A stretch of 32,000 nt of DNA from Mycoplasmoides pneumoniae FH (GCF_001272835.1 NZ_CP010546.1:662809-694808), one strand, 5' to 3'; positions 9,409-19,418 are shown, numbered from the stretch's first letter. Translations and numbers: made by a program. The notes: generated from the sequence alone by a model not told the origin.

Positions 9409-11247
9409 ATGTCTTTTACACTAACAGTTATTGGTGGCGGTCATGCCGGATTAGAGGCCGCATTTATTGCTAGTAAACTAGGGCTAAAAGTTAACCTCTT
9501 AGTACTAGATCCCAACCATGTGGGGTCGTGTCCCTGTAACCCGGCCATAGGAGGTCCTGCTAAAGGTATAGTAACCCGGGAAATCGATGTTTTAGGAGGG
9601 ATGCAGGGTAAGGCCGCTGATGCCACTGCTTTACAATACAAGCTGCTCAACAGCTCGAAAGGTCCAGCAGTGCAAGCAATCCGCGCTCAAATAGACAAAA
9701 TTGCTTATCAGAAGTGGTTTCGCCAGCAAATTGACCAAACGCCTAACATTGAGTTAATTGCTGGGGAAGCCGTTGATATCCTTGAAAGTAACGGTAAAGT
9801 TAAAGGTGTCGTGTTAGCTGATGGTAGTGAACTGGCATCAGATGCTGTTATTGTGACTACGGGAACTTATCTAAAGGCCAAAACTTACTGTGGTAGCTTA
9901 AGCAAAGAAGAAGGTCCTGACCGCGCTAAGCGCAGTGAATACCTTTCCACTAACTTAATTAAGCGGGGTTTTAAAACGTTACGACTAAAAACTGGGACAC
10001 CACCACGGATCCTACGCGAATCACTCGACTTTAGCCAAATGGCTGTGGAAGCTAACACTACCCCTCATTTAGCCTTTAGCTTTACTACTAAGAATTATTT
10101 ACCACTAGAACAGCAAGTGATCTGTCACTTAATCCATACCAATCCCCAGATCCATCAGTTAATTCTGGCCAACTTAAAACAGTCCGCTGTCTTTAACGGT
10201 AGTATTAAAGCAAACGGACCACTTTACTGTCCGAGTATTGAAGACAAGGTATTTCGCTTTCAAGACAAAGAACGGCACCAAATCTTTGTCGAACCTGAAT
10301 CACTTAGTTTAGAAACGGTTTACCTAGCAGGGTTTTCCACTTCCTTTCCCCCAGAGGTGCAAGAGCACATTGTCCGTTTACTCCCTGGGTTTAAAAATGC
10401 CCGGTTTCAAAAGTATGGCTATGCCATTGAATATGATGCCTTTAGTTCGATACAACTCAAATCAACACTAGAAACTAAGTTAATTCAAAATCTGTATTTT
10501 GCCGGACAGATTAATGGTACCAGTGGGTATGAGGAAGCAGCTGGCCAGGGCTTAATCGCTGGGATTAACGCCGCTTTAAAGCTACAGCGTAAACCCGAAT
10601 TTGTGTTACAGCGCAATGAGGCATACCTTGGTGTCATGATTAACGACCTGGTTACTAAGGAAATTAGTGATCCCTACCGCTTGTTAACTTCGCGCGCTGA
10701 ACACCGTTTGTGGTTGCGCAATGATAACTTACAAGAACGTCTAATTGAAAAGAGCCGAGCCTTAGGTTTAGTGGAAGCAGATGTGTATGCCAATTACTTG
10801 GAACAACAACAAAAGAAAAAACAATTAATTGATTATTTGCAAACCACTACCGTTGGGCAAATTGCTGCCTTGAAATTAAACTTTAAAAACACGGCCCAAA
10901 CGCTGTTTGACTTTACCAAGCGTGCTGAAATTAAGCTGGTTGATTTAGTACAACTACTCCCCAAGCGTTTTGACTTGGATGTACAAAGTTTAAACCAGAT
11001 TGACATTGACATTAAGTACGCTGGTTACATTAAGAAGAGTGAAAAGTACTTCAAGAGTTTAAACAACCTCAGTAGTGTCAAAATTCCCTTAAAGTTAAAT
11101 TACCACAAAGTACCTAACTTAGCGAGTGAAGCAATTGTTAAACTCTCCAAAATTAGACCAACTGATCTCAGTGTAGCTAGTCAAGTAGCGGGCATTAACT
11201 TTAACGATATTTTAGCGATTAAACATTTTTTAGATAACCATGAATAA
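9409..11247 (+). CDS. mnmG: tRNA uridine-5-carboxymethylaminomethyl modification enzyme MnmG (GidA)
   Basis: Intact 612-aa ORF. N-terminal FAD motif [12 protein letters not shown] and typical GidA core ([20 protein letters not shown]). Confidence 0.97.
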
Positions 11248-11815
11248 CAGTAAATTGAAACAGTATGTTCAACTAGTACAAACAGCCAACCAAAACTTTA
11301 ACCTCACCGGTCTTAAAACTGAAGGCGAAATTTACGAACACTTAGTCCAAGAAATTATCGAGCTCTTTAATGAGTATGACAGTTACTTTGACCATAAAAA
11401 GGTTGCAGATTTGGGTAGTGGAAATGGTTGTCCTGGTGTCATCTTAAAGCTGTTGTTTCCCCAAATCAAAACTTTGGATTTAATTGATAGCAAACACAAA
11501 AAGGTTAACTTTTTAAAAGAGGTGATTCAAACACTGGAACTAAACAATACCCAAGCACTTTGTGCCAGAATTGAAAACCACACTGAACAATACGACACTT
11601 TATGCTCCCGCGGACTTGGCAGCATTATTGAGGTTAATGCCTTTGCTTTAAAACTGTTAAAGCCCAACGGCATTATCTTCCACATTAAACAAAGCTTAGA
11701 TCAATACCTCGAGTTTGAGGATTCGGAGCAAAAAGACCAGTTTAAACCACTGTTCTTTAAGTTTTTCCATGGCAAGCGCCAGCAAATCCTGATTGCCATG
11801 AAGAAAAATGTTTAA
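11240..11815 (+). CDS. rsmG: 16S rRNA m7G527 methyltransferase RsmG (GidB)
   Basis: 191-aa ORF whose ATG overlaps the mnmG stop by 8 nt (ATGAATAA). SAM-binding motif [11 protein letters not shown] is present. Confidence 0.95.
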
Positions 11816-12476
11816 GTTAGGTTGAGCTAGCTTTGTCGATCCAGAGTTAGCTAAAACAGCTTTCTTGGAATTTGCCAAACAGTTTTATGTAACTAGTAGT
11901 GCTGGTGCAATTCTGTTTGACCTTAAAAAGAGTCAGGGCTTAGACCAACTGCAAGCAATTGAAAAAACAAGGAAGGTTATTATTACAGAACAGTTTGCCA
12001 ACCAAACTGGTAAATGAATCTTGTTTGACAAGGAAAACACTAAACGGATTAACAGCTTAGCGCAAGAGCACATTACTCCCTTAATAAAACGGATTTTACG
12101 CTTAGCGGACTTTAAAAATGTCTTGATTAATGTGCAGCACCACAAGAAGCTGCAAAAATGTCTGTTATGGGAAATTAACGGTTTAATCTGCTTAGTTGAA
12201 AGTTTACAGTTCATGGAAAATCCCACTGCAATCATGGAATGATTCCAGGGATTAAAAAAACACTGTCCTAATGTAGCAGTTGTAACCATTAGTGGTCAAC
12301 ACAAACCAGTCATAGAACCGAGCTTAACCGAATATAAGGCAGTATTTGGTAGTAGTTTACTCTCCTTTCACTTAGATGCAACTACGATAAATAACTCCCA
12401 TTTAGTGCGTCAAATTTTGGAACAGATCAAAATAAAAGCTACCTTAAAGTCAAACTCTAAGGTAGCTAAAAGTTAA
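11808..12476 (+). CDS. conserved hypothetical protein
   Basis: ATG 11808 overlaps the rsmG stop by 8 nt (ATGTTTAA). The frame stays open through TGA at 11823, 12015 and 12240 to TAA 12474-12476, giving 222 aa. The track shows only the middle piece, 12021..12242. No recognisable motif. Confidence 0.72.
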
Positions 12477-12552
12477 TGGCGCATCGGGTGGGACTCGAAC
12501 CCACGACAACACACTTAGAAGGCGTGTACTCTATCCGCTGAGCTACCGACGC
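12477..12552 (-). tRNA. tRNA-Arg (anticodon UCU), CCA encoded
   Basis: The reverse complement GCGTCGGTAGCTCAGCGGATAGAGTACACGCCTTCTAAGTGTGTTGTCGTGGGTTCGAGTCCCACCCGATGCGCCA folds by hand into a cloverleaf. It has a 7-bp acceptor stem, a D arm GCTC/GAGT, an anticodon stem CACGC/GTGTG with loop CT-TCT-AA, a T arm GTGGG-TTCGAGT-CCCAC, and a terminal GCCA. Confidence 0.95.
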
Positions 12553-12553
12553 A

Positions 12554-13870
12554 TTATTCTCTCCAGAGAGAGCAAACCATTTCCAAGGGGCCACTAGGAC
12601 CCCGTGAAAGTTCGGAAGCGGGGATCTTATGGATGATTAATCCCAGTTCATTGAGAAGATTATTGGTGTAGTGGTTGCGATCAAAGACCACAATTTCTCC
12701 AGGGCTTAAGTTTAATACGCCCATACCACAGTCCAAGAGTTCTTTACGCTCAGCCACTTCATCACCACCACCAATAATAACAAAGCGGGGTTGTTTATCA
12801 ATAATCGCTTCAATTATCTCACCAAAATTAAACTTTAGCGGTTTGAATTTAATTTGTGCTAAGCCATCCACATCCCTCTGGGCGGTGGCTGTGAGTTCAA
12901 AGATTTCGGTAGCTTGTAACACTTTGCGCGCAATAATGAACTTGTCGACATCCACCATCGCTATAAGTTTATTGAGATTGGTCTTAGCACCAAACTTGTG
13001 GATATTAATTGCAATAATCTGCTTAATTGGATTAGTGTGATCGCTTAATAAATTACGTGCCAAGCTTTCAATTCCCAACACATCGGTGTCATGACTAATA
13101 CCAATTAGCAAGATTTCATTGCTAATTTGAATAATGTCACTACTGTTAATCAAACAGTTCTTAAAGTCACGGTTAGTATAAAGCTTAACTCCATCAAAAC
13201 GGGGGTGAAAGCGCATGATGTATTCATACACTAACGAATGGCGCTTTAACTCAGAATCATTAGTGACAAATAAAGCGACACCCGTTCCTAGGGTATTGAA
13301 GAACTTATGTGGATAAAGGGAAAACGATAGCGGTTTAATTAAAAACGGTGAATTACTTACATGAATGTCGGCAAACCGTTGCGGGGTAATCGGTGGTACA
13401 TCTGATACCTTAATGCCACCAAACATGACCTTAATCACATCTACAAGCGAATCTAAACTGCGAAAGAAGTTTAAGCAAGCTTCGAAGGTACTCACACTTT
13501 TAATGCCTGATTCCAATAAAAAGTTCTTAATGAAGTCCTGGCGCACATTAGGGTCAGCCGCACTTAAAGCTTCTAACAGTAAATCTTGTAAATAGTGCAC
13601 CTTTGTACCATGTTGGCGCAAAATCTTAATAAATAACTGGTGTTCCTTTTGAGCGCGTTCTAAGTACATTGCACTGCCAAAGGTCTGGTTATCAATCACT
13701 CGTTCGGTTTCGATACCGGGATGATGGGCAATTACTTCCCTTAAAAAACTAATTTCACTAGTAACGCGTACACCACTGTTAAACTGCTTCTTTTTTAACT
13801 GTAGTGCTTTAGTGTTTGGTTGATCTAATTGGTTATGCCCATCGGTTTTGACAAGCTGTTTTTTTGACAT
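12554..13870 (-). CDS. arcA: arginine deiminase homolog (ADI fold, catalytic motifs apparently not conserved)
   Basis: Intact 438-aa ORF, ATG 13870-13868, TAA 12554-12556. It is colinear with arginine deiminases (SEISFLREVIAHHPGIE, IIAINI...). See the findings for the divergent motif positions. Confidence 0.88.
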   Translation of the reverse strand: MSKKQLVKTDGHNQLDQPNTKALQLKKKQFNSGVRVTSEISFLREVIAHHPGIETERVIDNQTFGSAMYLERAQKEHQLFIKILRQHGTKVHYLQDLLLEALSAADPNVRQDFIKNFLLESGIKSVSTFEACLNFFRSLDSLVDVIKVMFGGIKVSDVPPITPQRFADIHVSNSPFLIKPLSFSLYPHKFFNTLGTGVALFVTNDSELKRHSLVYEYIMRFHPRFDGVKLYTNRDFKNCLINSSDIIQISNEILLIGISHDTDVLGIESLARNLLSDHTNPIKQIIAINIHKFGAKTNLNKLIAMVDVDKFIIARKVLQATEIFELTATAQRDVDGLAQIKFKPLKFNFGEIIEAIIDKQPRFVIIGGGDEVAERKELLDCGMGVLNLSPGEIVVFDRNHYTNNLLNELGLIIHKIPASELSRGPSGPLEMVCSLWRE

Positions 13871-13923
13871 GTAAATTCGATTAATTTTAAATAATTAACA
13901 ATTGCTTTAATTGCGTTACTTCC

Positions 13924-14565
13924 ATGGATAGTAAAAAAGGAATTTTAGTGGCAATTGGTGGCGGGAGTTGTTCTGGTAAAACTACGATCGCTGACATGAT
14001 TTACCAACTTTTGCGTAAAAAGCTTAAAGTTGCTATTCTGCCCCAGGACAACTATTACAAACCATACAAGAACAAATCAATGGCGCAACGCAAAGCGATT
14101 AACTTCGATCACCCCGATGCCTTTGATTGAAAGCTGTTGTGAAGTCACCTCGATAACTTACTAATGGGTAAAACAGTGGCTGTGCCAATGTATGACTATG
14201 TTAATTACACCCGTAAAAAGGAAACCATAGAAATAGGTCCTTTAAATGTAGTCATCTTGGAAGGTTTAATGCCGTGGTTTGATGAACGGATTGCTAAATT
14301 GTGTAAGCTCAAGATCTTTGTGGAAGCGACTGGAGAGGAACGCTTAATTCGCCGGATTGAACGGGACTGGGAACGCGGTCGTGATGTCGCTTCTATCATT
14401 AAACAATGACGCGAAGCAGTTAGTCCAATGTACGAAATCTTTGTCGAAAAGATGAAACAGAAGGCAGATTTAATTATTCCCTGGAGTGAAAGACACGAAG
14501 TGAGTACTAATGTGCTCGACTTTGCAATTGAACACCTCTTTCGCAAACACGTGGATCCCAACTAG
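13924..14565 (+). CDS. udk: uridine kinase
   Basis: Track ORFs 13924..14130 and 14164..14409 plus a tail are in one frame, joined by TGA at 14128, 14140 and 14407. TAG at 14563-14565, 213 aa. P-loop GGGSCSGKTT is present. Confidence 0.93.
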
Positions 14566-15308
14566 ATTTGGAAGGAATAAAGTGGTTTAAAGGTTTTAGG
14601 TAAACTACGCTTGTGCTGGGAGCTTTGGCGCAAGTGGTCAACCCGTTGTTGTTTCGTGGCACTTAACTGTAAGTGGCCCTGAAAGTACTGGTCCAATTCC
14701 TTATACGTCAAACCCATTTCCGCTTCGTCAGTCTGCCCGGCAAACAGACTAGCAGTAGGGGCTCGTTCAATGACCAATTCAGGAACATTGAAGTGCTGGG
14801 ATAAAGCATAAACATCGCTCTTTAACAAGAACGCTAAGGGTGCCACATCACACGCCCCATCACCCCATTTAGTAAAGTAGCCCAAGCTGTACTCAATGAA
14901 GTTGCCAGTACCCAAAACTAAGTAGTTGTGCTTTTGGGCATGGGTGTATAGACAAGCCATTCGTAAACGTGCTTTGAGGTTGCCGGCTACCATTAACTCC
15001 TTTTGGGGATCAATGGTCAATGCTTGCAACATAGCGCGGTAAGGTGGTTCTAAATCCACCTGTTTATTGTTGAGTTGTAATTGTTCCACTAAGGCAGTTG
15101 TGGCCTTGTGATCTAACTCGGAGTTATTAATGTGCATTACCAAGGTTAAGTGGTTTTGCGGAAACAGTTTTTTAGCCATGGCGGCTACAACTGCCGAATC
15201 AACTCCACCTGACAATCCAACAACCACGCCCTGAGCGTGAGCTTCATTAACGTAATTGGTGAGTCAAGCTTCCAATTCGTTTAAATAGTTCAATAAATTT
15301 TTAGTCAT
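14562..15308 (-). CDS. nadE: NH3-dependent NAD+ synthetase
   Basis: The track ORF 14562..15227 start is a GTG. The frame continues upstream through TGA 15264-15266 to ATG 15308-15306, an ATGACTAA overlap with the obg stop. TAG at 14562-14564, 248 aa. PP-loop GLSGGVDSAV is present. Confidence 0.93.
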
Positions 15309-16602
15309 TAATTACAAATTCCTGGCCAGCAAACACAATGACATCGCCTTTTTTGGCACCTGCCACCTTTAATTGGTCTTCTATGCCCACTTCTTTAATC
15401 TTATTACCTAAACGGCGAATGTTGTCAAGTGTAGTTTGGGGAATCTTGTCAAACCAATAATGTAAACGCTTGCATTCAACATGCCACCGCCCCAAGGCAT
15501 CACGTTCAATGTTGAGTGGATCATGGTCGGTTTCACTGGCCTGTTCAAAGACATAGTGCTTCTCCATTTCCATGGGTAAATGAAACTTATTGGCACCGAA
15601 TTGCGCTAGCGTTTTTTGGTGGAGCGCAAACACTTGGGCCACTAGATCACCCAGTTCTTGTTTGAGTGCACTAATTTTGAACAAGGGAATTCCTTTATTT
15701 TCGAGGTATTGTGCTAACTTTTGAAAACGGGTACCATCAAGGTCAACGTCTGTTTTATTGGCCACGACCAGCATCTTCTTTTTAACTAACAGCTGGGAGT
15801 ACTTCGACAGTTCACGCATAATTTGTTCATACGCTTGACAAGGATCGTCATGATCCACGGGATCGAGTGAAATTAAGTGAATTAGGATTTCACAACGCTC
15901 AATGTGGCGCAGGAAATAGTGACCCAGACCACTACCCTCACTGGCGTTTTCAATTAACCCGGGAATATCAGCAAACACCAAACTTTGGTCGTTGTGTTTA
16001 ACTACCCCCAATACGGGCACTAAGGTTGTAAAACGGTAGTTAGCAATCTTGGGTTTAGCGTTGGACAGTTTGGAAATTAAAGTGGACTTACCGGTGTTGG
16101 GAAAACCCACAATCCCCACATTAGCTAAATACTTTATTTCCAAGCTCACATGCAAACTTTGACCCTTGTCGCCGTTTTCATACAGATTGGGAGCGCGCAT
16201 AATTGGACTTTTAAAAGCTGCGTTGCCCTTACCGCCCTTGCCACCGTAACAGAGAATAAAGCTCTGTTGGTCATGAACAAAGTCCATTAAGATCTGGTTA
16301 GTATCAAGGTCACGCACCGTAGTTCCCACTGGTACCTTAATAACCAAATCTTCCCCGTTTTTACCATGGGCTAAATCGGGTTTGCCATTGCCGCCACTTT
16401 CAGCAAACAGGTGTTTTTTATTCTTTAAAAAAAAGAGGGAATCGCAGTTGTGGTCGGCTTGCAACACAACGTTACCACCATTGCCGCCATTACCGCCACC
16501 AGGACCACCCTTGTCATAATGGGCTTCCCTGCGTCAAGCAATAATGCCATTGCCCCCGTTACCCGCACTAAAGCGGCACTCACAATAATCTGTTAATCCC
16601 AT
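15301..16602 (-). CDS. obg: GTPase Obg/CgtA
   Basis: Track ORF 15301..16467 extends upstream through TGA 16534-16536 to ATG 16602-16600, giving 433 aa. Gly-rich Obg fold ([33 protein letters not shown]), G1 motif GFPNTGKST, and DIPGLIE are present. Confidence 0.95.
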
Positions 16603-16805
16603 GGTTGAGCTCGCTTGGTTTTAATTTTCGTATTGCTTATGTTGGTTATTAAAACCAGGTTAGTAAGTTTATTAATTAAAAAGCAGCTTGACATGAGATT
16701 GTTCAAACAAAGAGCAGCTATCCCAGTGTTTCAAGTACGGGGAAACAGGCAACCATAAAGGGACCATGTACCAACATGCTTTTTTTGAAAGCTAACTTAA
16801 TTTGG

Positions 16806-17860
16806 TTAAAAAATAACCACGGATTTAATTAAGTCCTTCGGTTTATCTTTCATTAAAAACAGGGCTTCTTCAATGTGTTCAAAACCCTTAAAGCGATGGG
16901 TAATCATTTTGGAAGGATCGAGTTTTTTGGTCATAATTAAACGTGCTAATTTTTCTAACCTTAACCGACCACCAAGCATAAGACCACCATGAATGGCCTT
17001 GTGAGCCATACCAACGCCCCATTCAACTCTAGGAATAGTTAAAAACTCACCAGCGCCAAAGTAATTAACGTTACCAATTTTGCCTCCTGGTCTTAAAACC
17101 TTAATCGCTGTTTCTAAGATAGTCGAACCACCACCAGAAATTAACACCTTTTCCATTCCTTCATTGTTGGTTCACTTCAAGATTTTATCCACAACTGAAA
17201 CCTTTTTGAAATCAATGTAATCAGTCGCACCGTATGCTTTGGCAATTTCCACAATATCTGGTCTAGAATCCACCACAATAATGCGTCCAGCACCCTTTAA
17301 GGCTGCACCAGCGATCGCCATTAAACCAACTGGACCAGCACCAAAAACGACAACGCGACACCGTATTGGATGTCAGCTAGTTCATTGGCGTGAAAGCCTG
17401 TGGGAATCATGTCTGACAACATACATGCATCAGCTAAATCCATCCCTTCTGGCATCAATGCTAAGTTACCCTCAGCATCATTGACGTGAAAGTATTCAGC
17501 AAACATGCCATCTTTAACGTTGGAAAACTTCCAACCACCCAGCATGCCACCGGAGTGCATAGGGTATCCAGCTTGAGCATTAACCGAATTTCATTCTGGT
17601 GTAATGGCTGCCACTAAAACGCGATCACCAACCTTAAAGCTTTTGACCTCAGACCCCACTTCATCCACAACACCACAGCCCTCATGGCCTAAAACCATGT
17701 TGTGACGTTCACCAATGCCACCTTCCCAAACGGTGTGGACGTCTGAAGTACATGGTGCTACGGCCAGTGGTCGAATTATCGCATCATTGGGTCCACAAAC
17801 TGGTCTTGGTTTTTCGATTCAACCAGTAGCGCCAATTTTTAACATTGCATATGCTTTCAT
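16806..17860 (-). pseudogene. adh: NADP-dependent Zn alcohol dehydrogenase (secondary-alcohol/TbADH type), frame broken by a 1-nt deficit as written
   Basis: The 5' part runs from ATG 17860 to TAA 17321-17323: MKAYAMLKIGATGWIEKPRP...GHEGCGVVDEVG...ELADIQYGVALSF. The 3' part is in the adjacent frame and ends at TAA 16806-16808: FGAGPVGLMAIAGAALKGAGRIIVVD...KDKPKDLIKSVVIF. The span is 1055 nt, 1 short of 352 codons. TGA-Trp codons at 17819, 17591 and 17172. Confidence 0.85.
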
Positions 17861-18073
17861 AAAACTTTATTTACCTCTGCTGTTGCTTTAATAACTGAAT
17901 TTTAAATAAACAAAAATTATTAAAAGCAAGCGTCTCAAACTATCAGGTAAGAACGCCTTCAAATGGTTTCAAAGAATGGTAAGCAGTTGTAGTTAAAAGC
18001 TGTGTTAATAAAACACTGGAGAAAATGGCAAATAAACTAATCCAGCACTAATACAAAAACTGACAATAAGTTA

Positions 18074-18700
18074 TTAATCACTTGATTTAACGCGCTTTTT
18101 CTTGATGGTAACAACAACTGTTTTGCTCTTTTCTTTATCTCATTTCGTTTTAATGTCAGACATAGCCTGTTGGCTTTGTTGTTTGACTTTACCTGTGTGA
18201 ACCAGTCCTTGTGCTACTACCATGGCATAGCGTGAACGTAGTAAAACTAAGTTAGTTAGTTTATTAATTACAAAGAAACTCAGCATTAACACTACCAACA
18301 CTAACACAAAACGCCCAAAGATTACCCAAACGTTTCAAGCTTGAGGAAACATACCACTCATAAAGAGGCTAATCATCATCAAAGCAATTCCATAAAAAAA
18401 GGGAATTGCCTCCACAATTAGGTATGGGGTTGTAAAGAATAAAAGCAGTAAAAGCAACGCATAAACTACTAAGGGCACTAGTAAGAACCACAGTAGTACT
18501 AAATCAAAAATGGGTTCTACTTCCCTACCCATTAAAGTACGGTTATTTGGGGCAATGACAAAGTTAAAACCTAAGGCATTAATTTCCCCTAATAACACCC
18601 ACACAATGATGTAGTAGACAAAGACCAAAAAGAAGCTAAAGCTCCCGGTTAATCAAGCTGGAGTTTTGCGCTTTGCGGTTGATTGAAAAAACTGCTCCAA
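18074..18700 (-). CDS. hypothetical multi-pass membrane protein with a basic C-terminal tail
   Basis: Track ORF 18335..18628 continues downstream through TGA 18335-18337 and 18140-18142 to TAA 18074-18076. Upstream it stays open through TGA 18653-18655 to an in-frame stop at 18719-18721. There is no ATG upstream of the first hydrophobic segment. The best start is TTG 18700-18698, 1 nt after the preceding stop. The start is uncertain. Confidence 0.55.
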
Positions 18701-18701
18701 G

Positions 18702-19415
18702 TTAGTAAAGTTGTGCTGCTATTTGAAATTTAACAAAGCGATCGTTTTCGTAAAACTGGTAACGTAAAAGCCCTTTAATTACCCAGAGGATAATTGGCAG
18801 GCCATAGCTTTGTAGCTCCGCACAATTTTTGTGGTAAAAGCTATCATTGGGCGCTAAGAAACGACAGTTCTGGGTAATCTCATCTTTAGTTAAATGAACT
18901 AACTGCTTTTTACTGTTAAAGACAAAACTAGTTTTAAAGCTCTTTAACTTTTCGTTGAGGTACTTAATCGTGGAAAAGTGACTGGACAGCAAGATTAACT
19001 TTTCTTTAGCTAACTCAAAACCTTCTAGTAGTTGTGCTAACTGTTCTACTAGTACCTGGTTTTGTTGTTCTTCTTCGCCCTTAATAAAAAGCAAGAGAAA
19101 GCGAAACGGGGTTAAAAATTCCATTAACACCTCTTTTAAGGTCAAGATTGTCTGTTCTTGGACATTTACCTTAAACTGCTTCGCTAAGTTAATCTTTTTG
19201 AGATCAACTAGGTTAATATCACTCAGTTTATGGGTTTTATTTCCTACCTTATAGTTGTCTAAATTAGTGACTACTATTTGTTTATCTTTAGTGAGTTGCA
19301 CTTCCATCCACAAACCATCAAAACCAAACAATTGTGCAGCAGCAAAGGCTAAATGAGTGTTTTCAGGAGCAATGGTGCTGTAACCACGGTGTGCAATTAA
19401 AAACTGTTTGCGCAT
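18702..19415 (-). CDS. glycerophosphodiester phosphodiesterase (GDPD) family protein, GlpQ paralog
   Basis: Intact 237-aa ORF, ATG 19415-19413, TAA 18702-18704. N-terminal GDPD motif HRGYSTIAPENT is present. Downstream positions diverge (MEVQL, VVTNLD). Confidence 0.88.
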   Translation of the reverse strand: MRKQFLIAHRGYSTIAPENTHLAFAAAQLFGFDGLWMEVQLTKDKQIVVTNLDNYKVGNKTHKLSDINLVDLKKINLAKQFKVNVQEQTILTLKEVLMEFLTPFRFLLLFIKGEEEQQNQVLVEQLAQLLEGFELAKEKLILLSSHFSTIKYLNEKLKSFKTSFVFNSKKQLVHLTKDEITQNCRFLAPNDSFYHKNCAELQSYGLPIILWVIKGLLRYQFYENDRFVKFQIAAQLY

Positions 19416-19418
19416 AAA

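Noticed and set aside
16603-16805. Possible tiny genes in the obg/adh spacer (19-codon minus-strand and 21-codon plus-strand ATG ORFs) and a 6-bp hairpin TGTTTC/GAAACA.
   Set aside because: The ORFs are too short and have no supporting start context or conservation I can assess. The hairpin is weak and lacks a U-tract. Only the unusual spacer length is noted, under the island finding.
17340-17350. Programmed -1 ribosomal frameshift on G-UUU-UUG in adh.
   Set aside because: It is possible on paper and would give GVALSFFGAGPVG. However, the heptamer is not a canonical X-XXY-YYZ site and I see no downstream stimulatory structure. A homopolymer length error or mutation explains the data more simply. 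It is kept as an alternative in the finding.
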